Assembly: GCA_965237415.1 (NCBI GenBank)
Contig: CBDEFM010000002.1
Location: 832,001 to 896,000, forward strand
Length of the DNA stretch: 64,000 nt
Direction of reading: 5' to 3'
Origin: Alphaproteobacteria bacterium
GTDB lineage: Bacteria > Pseudomonadota > Alphaproteobacteria > UBA828
The position numbers were made by a program, and so were the translations under genes. The notes under the pieces were generated by a model. It made no database searches, was not told the DNA's origin, and saw nothing but the letters and a program-made list of their open reading frames with translations. How positions within the stretch are numbered: position 1 is the stretch's first letter; each line of letters opens with the position of its first letter. Below, in pieces: positions 31,199 to 41,623 of the stretch.

Positions 31199-32098
31199 AT
31201 GAGTCAAGATTGGGCAGCAATTGTGGCTTCTTTATGTATACTCGCTCTATACTTCGTGACGGCCTTCGCAGTTAGGAGCAGGTGGGATGGCACAGCGCTA
31301 ATTCATCCTCTCAAGGTTACCGCCCATATTAGAGGCCGGGCAAGTTTGTCTCGAACGCAGGTATTTTTCTTCACCTTCATATTCATCTGGATTACAATTT
31401 ATTGGTTATTGAGAGAGGGGGAGTTGGCACCCATCAATGACACGGTCCTGGCTTTGCTGGGAATTGCAGTAGCAGGAGCTGGATTGGGTCGAGTAGCTGA
31501 CACCACTCGATTTCGTGTCAGCGGAGAAAATTGGGCATGGGCAAAGGCAAAGAGATGGATTTCTCAAGACTTTTCCAAAGCTTTACCCCCTGACCCATCC
31601 AACAATACGGTAGGAACCACGCCGAAGCTGAGCGATCTGTTTATGTCTGACCAAGGTTTCGAGGTTGCCAGATTTCAGGCAGTGGCCTTTTCATTGGTCG
31701 TGGGTATCGCCCTCTTATACAATGGCGTAACGGTGGCTCATAGTGCAGACTTCGGCGATTTTTCTGTGGAGGGACACTACCTCACTTTGATTGGCATCAG
31801 CCAGGGAGTTTATGTTGGAGGTAAGTTGACCGGAGGCAATCCGATCGGCGAATTGAATAAGAAGCTGGACCAACTCCGACCACTGGAATTGGCGTTTACG
31901 CAAACTGTGGCAAGGTCCGAACTTTGGCTTCGAGCTGAAGAGGAGCACCGAACCATGAAGCGGGCCCGGGAGGAAATTGCGCCCGACGAGTATTCCGCAT
32001 ATAGCAGCGTTGCATCCGAGGCAGCCACACTCGTTCAGGAGCTGACCGGCGTGGTCGTTGCACAAGACCGGATAGAACCAAGACTACCGCCGCGATAA
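31199..32098 (+). CDS. Multi-pass membrane protein of unknown function
   Basis: ASLSRTQVFFFTF, LALLGIAVAGAG, ARFQAVAFSLVVG, LIGISQGVYVGGK; GGGAG RBS. Confidence 0.75.
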   Translation: MSQDWAAIVASLCILALYFVTAFAVRSRWDGTALIHPLKVTAHIRGRASLSRTQVFFFTFIFIWITIYWLLREGELAPINDTVLALLGIAVAGAGLGRVADTTRFRVSGENWAWAKAKRWISQDFSKALPPDPSNNTVGTTPKLSDLFMSDQGFEVARFQAVAFSLVVGIALLYNGVTVAHSADFGDFSVEGHYLTLIGISQGVYVGGKLTGGNPIGELNKKLDQLRPLELAFTQTVARSELWLRAEEEHRTMKRAREEIAPDEYSAYSSVASEAATLVQELTGVVVAQDRIEPRLPPR

Positions 32099-32429
32099 TT
32101 GGCGCAGCGGCAACTACACGACATTTTCGGGTTGAGTTGGCAAGGCGCATGAGGCCCGACATCGAGCGCCGTGCTCCGATTGCGTTTCTGCAGCGCTCTC
32201 CCGGTGCCAGCAGGCTCGGGCCTGACCCTTTCCGCTGCCCCCCCTTACACGCAATTCTGTTGCGGCGCGGCCGGAACCGGCTCCAAGATCGACGCTGACG
32301 CGCACTCCACCTAGCGTCGTGGTAAGCTATGAGCTCGGTATTGTCAGCCCGTTATGCTCCGCTTGGGTGTGTTGGGCTAGTTGTGGGCTGGCCCAAGGGC
32401 GAGCCCCACAATCGCCTGATCTCAATAGG

Positions 32430-32549
32430 TTACGAGAGAGACAAGCTCCCTCCCTCTGCCAAGGCGACGAGCTTTGAGGCGGCAGCCGCGTGCAACAGCA
32501 TCTCGCCGCGATGCGCGTAAATCAGGATGTTGGTGTCTACAGCGATCAC
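32430..32549 (-). pseudogene. Truncated VapC (39 aa)
   Basis: GTG overlapping the antitoxin stop, MIAVDTNILIYAHRGEM..LAEG, then unrelated sequence and TAA. Confidence 0.8.
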
Positions 32550-32782
32550 GCGTGGTCGATCACCTCATAGAGAGCGTCGCGGTCGGAGATGTCGACATTC
32601 GGCGATGCAACGCCGGTCACCGTTTCCAACCGCAAACGAAAATCTTGCTTTTTGGCGTGTGCTTCAGCGAGCCGAGCGCGTAGTGCGTCCTCAACGAATC
32701 TGGTGAGGGTGATCCCGTCCTGCGCTGCCCGTCCCTTGGCTTGGCGCAGCACTCGATCGTTCAGGTTGAGGGTGGTCTTCAT
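32546..32782 (-). CDS. VapB-like ribbon-helix-helix antitoxin
   Basis: MKTTLNLNDRVLRQAKGRAAQDGITLTRFVEDALR..VDISDRDALYE. Confidence 0.85.
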   Translation of the reverse strand: MKTTLNLNDRVLRQAKGRAAQDGITLTRFVEDALRARLAEAHAKKQDFRLRLETVTGVASPNVDISDRDALYEVIDHA

Positions 32783-33515
32783 TACAAGGTTTCTTGCTTC
32801 GGAGGCGTATGGCTCAACCATATCATGGACACTCATGCGAGTGAACGCAGGGTCGTCCGGCATAAGTGCATCGTCGAGATCGGCCCCGGCATCGTGGAAC
32901 CAAGTCAGTCGGCGACACGATCCGGTGGTTCAATTGGCCCGTCGCCGAGTAAGGCGGCTATCCTCAGCCGGCTTGCGCGTCTCCGCAGCCTGCCTCTCCG
33001 CGCCGACCACCACCATGCCCTCATAGCGGCAGGCTGAGCATTTTCGCACAAATGGCGATCAGGCGATCGCAACCAGGCCGAGCAGGTCCGCCCTGGCCAC
33101 GCAGCGATGGTCACGACGCCCAACCGCTTCCCGCAAGCGACAGATTCGTCCGTGCCTCCCATGACGGAGGCGCGCGATTCCAACCGGCCTCCTCATTGCG
33201 AAGTCCCATCTGACCTCTGTCGTCTTGGACCGTTTGGGCATGAATGAAGGCTTGCCAGCGGCCAACTTGCGGTGGAAAAGGTCGTCACAGTGGCCGGATA
33301 TGTGCCGCCTTCCAGAGGCAACCGACGGCGCGACTAATCGGACGAAAGCGTGGCAACGGATACGCGGAAGCTATCGCGATGCAGTTGTGGCCGCGCGAGC
33401 GGATTCCATGGTATTAGGGTTTAGGGCGTGCCTCAACTTCCTTCCTGGTATACCCTGCAGGTTACGGCTCAATCTAAACACTCAACCATCGCACGCGGAC
33501 TAGTCGGAGGTTAAA

Positions 33516-35259
33516 GTGAACCTTGACTACGAACTTTGAGCTACTCCCCAATCGTTGGACAGATTTCCGGGTAAATTAAGCTACGGTCCGGACCTGCCGA
33601 TCGGGTTCATGTTCCGCTCGTTACGCCACCAGGGCTGTCGGGTGGAGGCCCGGGCGTGAGCCCGGGCCGGAAGCCGACAGCCTTTCTCTAAATACTCTGC
33701 CCGGCGTCTTGCCGCCATGGGCGGCATGAGGGCGCCGCTGGTTGTAGAACGCGATCCACTCGCCGATCCCCTTACGGGCTTCCTTCCCGCCCGAGAAGGC
33801 ATGCAGATAGATGCACTCGTATTTGAGCGAGCGCCACAGCCGTTCGATGAAGATGTTGTCGAGGAACCGGCCGCGCCCATCCATCGAGATGCGCACCCCG
33901 GCCTCTCTCAGCCGCTGCGTCCACGCCCAGGACGTGAACTGGCTGCCCTGGTCGGTGTTGAAGATCTCCGGCCGGCCATGGCGGCCAATCGCATCATCCA
34001 GCGCATCGATGCAGAACTGGGTGTCCATGGTGTTGGACAGCCGCCACGCCAGGACCTTGCGGCTCCACCAGTCCATGATCGCCACCAGGTACAGGAAGCC
34101 CTTCGCCAGCGGGATGTACGTAATGTCGGCGCACCACACCTGGTTGGGCCGCTCGATCGCCATCCCGCGCAGCAGGTAGGGATAGGTCTTGTGCCCCTTG
34201 ATGGGAACGCTGGTCCGCGGCGGCTGGTAGATCGGCATCAGACCCATCAGCCGCATCAGGCGGCGAACCCGCTTGATGTTCACCCGATGCCCTTCGGCCC
34301 GCAGGTGCCACATCATCTGCCGGGCGCCGTAAAACGGCGTCTCCAGAAACTGACGGTCGATCATCGCCATCAGTCCGAGGTTCTTCGCACTCTCGCCCTT
34401 TGGCACATGATAGAAGGTCGAACGGCCGATCGACGCCAGCCGACACTGCCGGACGATCGACAGGGTGGGATGGTCGGGCCGGATCATCGCCTTGCGCTCC
34501 TGTCGGGAAGCAGACGCAGCCCGTGTTCCAAAAAATCCCGTTCTACCGTCAGCTCGCCGATCTTGGCATGGAGATCCTTGATCCGACCGGCGTCCGCCTC
34601 CGGGTCGGCGTGCTTGCGACCACGCTGGAAGATGTCCGCCGCCCCTTCGAGCAGCGCTTTCTTCCACTGATGAATCATTGTCGGGTGAACGCCAAACCGG
34701 CTCGCCAGCTCGGCAACCGTCTGCTCGCCCTTCAAAGCCTCCAGCGCCACCCGAGCCTTGAACTCGGCCTTGTGCTGCTTCCGCTTCGTCATCGCTGATC
34801 TCCTCTCGTCGAAGATCAGCAGACACCAAGTCCCTAGCTCGCGTCACTGTCCGATTTCCGGGGAGTAGCTCACTTCTAGAAAGTATCTTGCGGCACATAA
34901 GGGACGTTGGGGATGGTCAAGAGCGCCAAAGCGTTACCCGTAACACATACGCCAACTCCCCAATTCAGATTGCGTCATTGTGCGACTCTTTTGATGTCCT
35001 CGCCTATCACTTTGATATTTTGGTTGATAACGACTTCATTGACGGTCAAGTTACACGAACAGCCTTAGGTGGCCACAGACCTTTCTCGATTGTTAGCTTT
35101 TTCAATCTTACACTCCAGGGACACCAATTGCTGGAAAGCATGGAAAACCAATCTACATGGAATCAAATCAAGGTTAGAGCTTATCAACTTGGGATCGAGG
35201 GATTGAAGCAAGTTCCGGGCTTGGCCATTTCCTTGATTGCCGGCTCTAACTCCCAGTGA
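33516..35259 (+). pseudogene. DUF2513-like winged-helix protein interrupted by an IS3 element after codon 7
   Basis: GGAGG RBS and GTG at 33516. Removing the IS and one CTT restores MNLDYELLESILRHI..YHFDILVDNDFIDG..LTLQGHQLLESM..TWNQIK. Confidence 0.8.
33537..34872 (-). mobile_element. Complete IS3-family element (1,336 bp), OrfA 34484-34792 and OrfB ending at 33621
   Basis: Terminal IRs TGAGCTACTCCCC.../...GGGGAGTAGCTCA, 3-bp CTT target duplication, slippery GATTTTTT near 34530, DDE motifs [30 protein letters not shown]. Confidence 0.95.
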
Positions 35260-35334
35260 GTCATAGGCAACCATTCGCAGACTCGGGGATCATATCGTCA
35301 ATATGACAGAGTGGGGCATTGAGCGGCAGTAGAG

Positions 35335-35886
35335 CTACCGCATTCTCATCACCGAGTTTCTGACAATTTTGGCGGTGCTCAGCCCGAGACCCATATCAAT
35401 GCACAGCTTCAGAAATTCCTCGGCCGCATCCCATCTAGAGAGGTGGTACTCGCGGGCAAGATCCCGCGCGCATTTGGCGATCGGCACGATATCACTCGAC
35501 GTGACCCACTTAGGACTACCAACCCTCTCCTCGAACTTCGCTATCAGCGGTTCGGGAAGGTCGGCTCCGTAAAGAAAGTACCGCAGGTAGGGGAGAAAGT
35601 GTGGGTGCGTGTAGATGTCCCGGCCCGTGCATCCATTCCGTTCGAATGCGCCCTTGTGAGATGTCTTGCCCCGCCCCACGAAGTAGGCTGGGTTATTCCA
35701 GTAGCTCAGTCGTTCTCTTGGTATTGCTTTACGATCATGCAGAGATTTGAGGAGCGCCGGGATGGACCTGTCATTCGCAACATAGGCTTTGCGTGCCTCA
35801 TTGTCTCTCAGAAGCCACGGGGTCAGGTTGATGGCTTCAAGAAGCGCCTTTTCTTCGTCGATCAGCTCGATGTGATATTTGATCAT
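35335..35886 (-). CDS. Hypothetical protein
   Basis: 183-aa ORF with plausible globular composition; no family recognised. Confidence 0.65.
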   Translation of the reverse strand: MIKYHIELIDEEKALLEAINLTPWLLRDNEARKAYVANDRSIPALLKSLHDRKAIPRERLSYWNNPAYFVGRGKTSHKGAFERNGCTGRDIYTHPHFLPYLRYFLYGADLPEPLIAKFEERVGSPKWVTSSDIVPIAKCARDLAREYHLSRWDAAEEFLKLCIDMGLGLSTAKIVRNSVMRMR

Positions 35887-36379
35887 TTCTGCGAACTCAG
35901 AGGATGTCGCCGACTCACTCGAAGATAACCATCACTTCGCACCGGGCAGTGGACGCCCTCGCAGAGGCTTACGACGTCGTTCCAAACGGCCACCATGAGA
36001 CGTGCCTGGGAGTGCCTCCTCCCTCGTGCGCACGGCTCGGTTCCACCACCCAAACGAGCAATAGCCGTTCCGGCTCTCGTCATGACATGACGTCGCAAAC
36101 GGGTCAACTATCCCGGAGTGTCTCGACGAATGGTGGATCTGCCTGCACGCGCCTCACTCGTGGGCTTCACAACTGTTCGGGACATAGCCTTCCGGAATTT
36201 CCACCCAGTACAATCAAGGACGCATCCAGGATGCTCAGCTCAAGGCGCCAGGCAGTCGAATTCATAGCCTTCCTTCCGCGCTCTTCCTCCTGCCGGAGCC
36301 ACTTGCAGACATCCGCAAAAGGCTGTTCCAGAATGCGTTCGGCCTCGTGCCCGGCACGAGTTCAATATGGAGATCAACA

Positions 36380-36766
36380 ATGAACGAAAATCGGACAAGG
36401 CTGACACACTCAACTTTAGAGCGTCGCCGCCAAATGGTTGAGCCTGCAGATTTTTTCATCAAAGGCTCCCTGACGGTCTCTATATCCGGCTTCATTCTGG
36501 TGAAGTCATCCGAAATGTTTTCACAGGGCACTCTGTGGCTCGCCGTGGGATTTTTCATGGTGCTTGCATCGATATCTATCTTGTCTCTGGGCCTGACCGC
36601 CTTGGCGAGTTCCGCGTCCGCTTTCCAGGCGTTGCTGTCAAGCGACCCCCCAAAACGTGGATTCAGCGAACTTGCAAAGAAATGCTTTTCCTGGTTGTTT
36701 GCGATCCTGGTCGCCGCCACCCTCATAGGTCTTTTCCGCAGCATGGGGTTCCTAATGTTGCCATGA
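36380..36766 (+). CDS. Small membrane protein (~3 TM)
   Basis: GGAG RBS before ATG 36380; three hydrophobic segments. Confidence 0.5.
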   Translation: MNENRTRLTHSTLERRRQMVEPADFFIKGSLTVSISGFILVKSSEMFSQGTLWLAVGFFMVLASISILSLGLTALASSASAFQALLSSDPPKRGFSELAKKCFSWLFAILVAATLIGLFRSMGFLMLP

Positions 36767-37558
36767 ACAACCCCATACGAGTACGGCCGCGCCTCGCTAT
36801 GACGTGGCAGCCTAATCTATGCTCCAAAAGCGCTTCCTTCAACACTGACGTCTCGGCCAACGCTCCTGAGCGTTCGTGCAGATCGCGCCATTTCACGAAC
36901 AGTGTCCCCATTGCTGCGAACACCCCTCTCGAATGCCGGGAAACACCCACGGTAGCTCGGTGTGTACTCTCAGCGCTCCCGACATCTACTGCTCGAGGCG
37001 TCCTCTCGTCCGCACTGGTAGCCGATCGAACGATTCCAGTAGGTCGTGGTACTTCGGGGACGTGCCCGCTTCGCGCATGTACAGGAGTTTGAGCGCGACT
37101 TCAGATGCGAGCCCCAACAGTGTCGGGACCACGATAATCACGCTGTGAAACAGCAGAGACTCCGTCGGCTCTTGGTCAGTGTCGGCATCCAGGTAAATGG
37201 CGACGCGAACAGGGCCCTGGAGTTCTCCGTCACTCCGTGGTCATTACGTTTTTCACCTCGGTACGTGCCGCGCGTCATGTGCGTGCTGCTTCGGCGGTCG
37301 GGTGAGTCTGGTGCCAACGGGCAACCGTCCAGGACGGCCCCGACAACCTACCCCGCTTCCGAGAAATCGTGGAACTCGTGCTGAATAAGATGAATTCGAC
37401 GGGCAGGCGCAGAGGTGGTCCAGAACGGCGCCCAGATTTTGGGCACAATCGTTACGAACATGCTTACCCAAAGTCGGGAAGAGCGAACAAATGTAGTTTA
37501 GAATAACAAGTTGGTAATAGTCACAACCTGAGCGTCCAGCAGGAGCATAGCCGTCATC

Positions 37559-37801
37559 TCAGTCGAAAGATGGCGGCTCACGGGCGGGTTCGCGCGGCAG
37601 CAACTCCAAGTCGACGCCGTTGGTCCGCTCGAAGTGCCCATGCATGATGCTCGCCAAGCTCTTGCAGTTCGGCTTGTGACCAGCGGTGTCGCGCAGGCTC
37701 AGCCGGGCTTGCTCTTCCATGGAGCGGCCGTTGCCTGCCGCCCGCACACGAAGCCGGCTCTTCACCTCGTCGTCAGCATTGCGGATTGTGCCTCTCACCA
37801 T
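37559..37801 (-). CDS. FitA/StbC-like RHH antitoxin; downstream toxin reduced to a few codons
   Basis: TIRNADDEVKSRLRVRAAGNGRSMEEQAR..GVDLEL.PREPAREPPSFD; followed by MLLLDAQVV then a stop. Confidence 0.8.
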   Translation of the reverse strand: MVRGTIRNADDEVKSRLRVRAAGNGRSMEEQARLSLRDTAGHKPNCKSLASIMHGHFERTNGVDLELLPREPAREPPSFD

Positions 37802-37833
37802 CTCCTCTGCCTCCAAAGCACTTCGGTCGGCGC

Positions 37834-38286
37834 CTACCTCACCCCTCGGCTCACATCGAAAGGGTCATGTGTCGACAGTTCCGGAAAGAGGGAAAAATCC
37901 CGATCCCGCGTGAACAGCGCCTCCACGCCATGCGCTACGCACACCGCAGCGATGCGAGCATCGTGAACCACTCCGCCGACGACGTGCGGTCGATTGACGA
38001 ACCTCTGCAACACCTCCGTGAAATCGTCCGTCTCGCCGATCATGCGGTTGGAAGGCGACATTGCCCAAGCCTGGAACTGCCGCCACGCATGTTCCGGCCT
38101 CGTTGCTTCGTCCTTCCAGATGCGCCGGTTCGTCACGACGCTCAGGAACTCGTAGCAGCATGGCCACGGAATGGCCCAGACGCGGTCTCCTTCCGCAAGT
38201 TTGGTCATCACCGCGTGCGCCGCGTTTCCCAAGCGCGATTCGCGGCGGTGCGCATAGACCAACACGTTGGTGTCTACGGCGATCAC
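37834..38286 (-). CDS. vapC: PIN-domain VapC toxin
   Basis: MIAVDTNVLVYAHR..YEFLSVVTN..VHDARIAAVC..TRDRDFSLFP. Confidence 0.92.
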   Translation of the reverse strand: MIAVDTNVLVYAHRRESRLGNAAHAVMTKLAEGDRVWAIPWPCCYEFLSVVTNRRIWKDEATRPEHAWRQFQAWAMSPSNRMIGETDDFTEVLQRFVNRPHVVGGVVHDARIAAVCVAHGVEALFTRDRDFSLFPELSTHDPFDVSRGVR

Positions 38287-38531
38287 CGTGAACCGGGATC
38301 GCCGTAGATCATTTCGCGCAACTCCGGCCAGGAGTACCGTTCCAGCGGATCGGCCGCTTGCGGGTCACCCGCTCTCAGATCAGCCAGCTTGTATCCCCCG
38401 CGAGGCCTCACGGACGCGAGCACGCAACGAAGCCCGTCCTCGACCACGGCGCGCAGCGGGCGCCCCGTTTCCTTGGCATGACGCTTGGCTCGCGTGAGCA
38501 ATTCGTCGTGGATGTCCAGCGTCGTCTTCAT
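38283..38531 (-). CDS. VapB-like antitoxin
   Basis: MKTTLDIHDELLTRAKRHAKETGRPLRAVVEDGLR; GTGA overlap with vapC. Confidence 0.88.
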   Translation of the reverse strand: MKTTLDIHDELLTRAKRHAKETGRPLRAVVEDGLRCVLASVRPRGGYKLADLRAGDPQAADPLERYSWPELREMIYGDPGSR

Positions 38532-38721
38532 TGCCCCATACTAACCATATTGACCGATATGGGAAGACATGTCTCACCAGCAATGCGTTCTGAATCCGCA
38601 TACCGGTCCGCGCTCTTGAACATGAACTAATTACTCTCGCCACCAACTCCTCCATCGCGAGGCGCAAAGCAACCTAATCGAAGAGTGCTACCAGCACCGC
38701 CCAGAAACCGACAGACGCGCA

Positions 38722-39897
38722 TTACCCGTGCAGCCGCACCACCTCCGCATCCGTGCCGGTCAAGTATGCCGCCCACTGATCCATCAGCAGCCGGCGTCTC
38801 TCGAACAGGTCCGAGCGGAAATACGCTCCTTCGACGCCGCCGACGGTATGCGCCAGCGCCGCTTCCGCAAGCTCGCGTGGCTTGCCGGTCTCGGCGCACC
38901 AGTCCCGGAAGCTCGACCGGAAGCCATGGACGACGGTTTTCTCGGCGAATCCCGTCGTCCGCAGGAGCTTGGTGAACGCCATGTCCGAGAGCGGCCGGCC
39001 CCGCTTCACCGGCGACGGGAAGACCAGCCCGGAATCGTCGCGCAACGGCCTGGCCTGTTCCAGCACGGCCATGGCCGCATCGCTCAACGGAATGCGATGA
39101 GGATGCCCGGCCTTCATGCGCTCCCCCGGTATCCGCCATTCCCGCTCCTCCTCGTGTATTTCCTCCCAGGCGGCTCCCCTCGCCTCTCCCGACCGCGCAG
39201 CCGTCAGGATGAGGAAGCGGAAACAGAGCTTGCTCGCCACGACCGCCCTGGTCGACTCCACGGCCTCGAGCGCATTCGCCACCTCGCCGTAGGGAAGCGC
39301 GCGGAAGTGTCGCTTGACGGCGGGCATGGTCGGCAGCGCGCCGTCGATCGCATCGCCGGCGGGGTTCGAATCGACGAACCCGTGCGCTTCGGCCCAGCGC
39401 AGCGTCGCCCGTATGCGCTGGCGCAGCTTGCGGGCGACTTCTGGCTTTCTGGTCCAGATCGGCGTGAGCACGCGCAGCACGTCCTCGCGTCCGATGTGGT
39501 CCACCAGCATCTCGCCCATGACCGGGAATGCGTGGCGCTCCAGTTGCTGGAGCCAGTTCTTCGCGACCTTGTCGTTGCGCCAACGGGGCCGGTTCGCCTC
39601 GAACGTCTGCATTGCGGCTTCCTGGAACGTCGGCATGTTGGCCTTTCGCTTTTCGGCGAGCGGGTCGCCGCCGCGCCGCGCAAGCCGGCGGTTCTCGAAC
39701 GCCATTTCCCGCGCCTCGGTGAGTGTCCTCAGCGGCCAGCCGCCCAGGCCGATATCGCGCCGCCTGCCGTGGACGGCGAGGCGCTGGATCCAGGATTTCG
39801 ATCCGCCGGGTGACACGCGCAAGTAGAGCGTTCCCCCGTCGCCGTACATTCCGGGCTCCGACAGCGCCCGCATTTTCGCGACGGTCAGCTTTCCCAT
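38722..39897 (-). CDS. P4-like tyrosine integrase with arm-binding domain
   Basis: GDGGTLYLRV..GLGGWP..TLTEARE; catalytic R (AARSGE), K (RMKAG), HGFR, LAH, AY all present; GGAGG RBS. Confidence 0.95.
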   Translation of the reverse strand: MGKLTVAKMRALSEPGMYGDGGTLYLRVSPGGSKSWIQRLAVHGRRRDIGLGGWPLRTLTEAREMAFENRRLARRGGDPLAEKRKANMPTFQEAAMQTFEANRPRWRNDKVAKNWLQQLERHAFPVMGEMLVDHIGREDVLRVLTPIWTRKPEVARKLRQRIRATLRWAEAHGFVDSNPAGDAIDGALPTMPAVKRHFRALPYGEVANALEAVESTRAVVASKLCFRFLILTAARSGEARGAAWEEIHEEEREWRIPGERMKAGHPHRIPLSDAAMAVLEQARPLRDDSGLVFPSPVKRGRPLSDMAFTKLLRTTGFAEKTVVHGFRSSFRDWCAETGKPRELAEAALAHTVGGVEGAYFRSDLFERRRLLMDQWAAYLTGTDAEVVRLHG

Positions 39898-39919
39898 GTC
39901 TCGATGACCTCCTCGATCG

Positions 39920-39973
39920 AACGTGGGGAAAGCGATGCTGCCCCACGTTCTCACCAACGCAAACGTGGGGAAA
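39920..39973. repeat. Candidate integrase arm-type binding sites
   Basis: AACGTGGGGAAA at 39920-31 and 39962-73, with inverted CCCCACGTT at 39941-49, between integrase and tRNA. Confidence 0.6.
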
Positions 39974-40073
39974 CTACATGAACTGCCCGGAACGGTCAAG
40001 AACGATTTTTGAGGCTACATCATTGATATAAAGGACTTATTCGGACTTTTCTGGAACTCTCTGGAAGAAGGAT

Positions 40074-40149
40074 TGGTGCCGCAGGAGAGACTCGAACTCC
40101 CGACCCATGCATTACGAATGCATTGCTCTACCGGCTGAGCTACTGCGGC
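40074..40149 (-). tRNA. tRNA-Thr(CGT)
   Basis: GCCGCAG acceptor stem, anticodon arm ATGCA-TTCGTAA-TGCAT, GTTCGAG T-loop, encoded CCA. Confidence 0.96.
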
Positions 40150-40234
40150 CCGATCCTGCGCCGGACTATCCTCAAGGTACGCTGCGTTGTAAAGGCGCCA
40201 ATGGCGGGCCGTGGGCTTTAACCCCTACCCGCGG

Positions 40235-41623
40235 CTAACCCGCGGCGGAACTGGCGGCAGCCGGCGCTGAGGGCACGTCGGCATCTTCCTCCGCCTCCGA
40301 CAGAGGGGTATCCGCAGGCAGAGCGCTCGTCTCGGCCCGAGGCAGGGCGCGCCACTCGATCGAATCGAACGCGCCGCATCGGTCGCAGACGATGGACCAT
40401 GCGGGGCTCGCGCTGGCGCAGCGGGTGCAGAGCCAGCCTGGATCGGGCGGCGCTTCGCTCGCCTGCTGGAGGCGCCGCCGGACCGCCTCCCCGTCCCCCG
40501 TCTCGGCCTCTTCGAGGCGCGAGAGCAGGCGGTAGACGCCGGCCGTGGGGCGCTCGGCGGCGGCGCGCTCCAGGTACCGGCGCGCCGTACCCCACTGCTT
40601 GGCGTCGAGCGCCTGGCGCGCGAGCAGCATATCGCTTTCCGCGTGATTACTGTTGTCGGCGACGAGCTTCTCGACCCGCTTCAGCCGCTCCGCGGCGGTG
40701 CGGTCCGCGTGAAGCGCGAGGAAGAGCCGGCCGAGCGCCGGGTGTGGGCAGTGGCGCCAGGCCTCCGCGACTGCTCGCTGCGCCGCGTTATCGCGGCCCG
40801 CTTCCTTGGCGAGGCCGGCGCCCAGCAGCGCCGCAGGAAGAAAGGACACATCCGCCGCCCGCGCCTCGTCGGCGATGCGGAGCGCCTCCCTGACCTCGCC
40901 CTGCTCACGCAACGCCCGGGCGCGCTCGAAGAGCAATCCGGCCTGACGGCGACGCCCGACCTTCTCGCTCACCGCGCTGTGGCGAATGGCCTGCTTGACC
41001 GTGCCCAGCGCATCCGACCAGCGACCCGCGCGAGTCTGCAGCTCCAGCAGCGCCGTCAACACCCAGGGCGTCTCGGGCCTGAGCGCGAAGGCGCGCTCCG
41101 CAAGCTCCAAAGCCCGCGCGGTGTCGCCGGTGCGCTCGGCCTGAACGAGCAGGCCGCGCAGCCCGAGAAACGCCGTCGCCGGTTGATCGAGCATGGCCTC
41201 GAAGTAACCGCGCGCGGCGTGGTCGTCGCCCTCGAGCTGCGCCGCCTGGGCGGAAAGCAGCAGCGTCAGCGGCGGCTCGTCCAACATCAGGTTGGCGCGC
41301 CGTGCGAGTCGGCGTGCGCGCTTGGGATCGCCCGCCGCTGCGGCAACCAGCCCTTGCGTCAGCGCCCGATAGCCCAGACGCTCGCGGCGGCGGCGGCGCG
41401 CCAGCGCGATACGGCGAGGGCCGATCCAGACGAAACGCACGACGGCGGCGATCACAAGGACAACAGCCGCGGCCACGGCAATCGCCGCCGCCAGGACACC
41501 GGGCGAGCTCTCGACCATATAGTCGCCCCAGGCTATCTCGACGCGGCCGGGCGGCTCCGAAATCCAGGTCGCGACCGCCGCGACGACAATCACCGCGACG
41601 ACGAAGGCGATGATGCGAATCAT
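40235..41623 (-). CDS. hemY: HemY N-terminal/TPR membrane protein
   Basis: MIRIIAF..PGRVEIAWGDY..GYRALTQGLVAAAAGD..PLTLLLSAQAAQ..FLGLRGL; C-terminal W.C..C..W...C..C. Confidence 0.9.
   Translation of the reverse strand: MIRIIAFVVAVIVVAAVATWISEPPGRVEIAWGDYMVESSPGVLAAAIAVAAAVVLVIAAVVRFVWIGPRRIALARRRRRERLGYRALTQGLVAAAAGDPKRARRLARRANLMLDEPPLTLLLSAQAAQLEGDDHAARGYFEAMLDQPATAFLGLRGLLVQAERTGDTARALELAERAFALRPETPWVLTALLELQTRAGRWSDALGTVKQAIRHSAVSEKVGRRRQAGLLFERARALREQGEVREALRIADEARAADVSFLPAALLGAGLAKEAGRDNAAQRAVAEAWRHCPHPALGRLFLALHADRTAAERLKRVEKLVADNSNHAESDMLLARQALDAKQWGTARRYLERAAAERPTAGVYRLLSRLEEAETGDGEAVRRRLQQASEAPPDPGWLCTRCASASPAWSIVCDRCGAFDSIEWRALPRAETSALPADTPLSEAEEDADVPSAPAAASSAAG

Noticed and set aside
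32800-33500. Short ORFs here and at 27560-28040, 35900-36350, 36770-37500
   Set aside because: No recognisable motifs or RBS; probably decayed fragments that I cannot assign.
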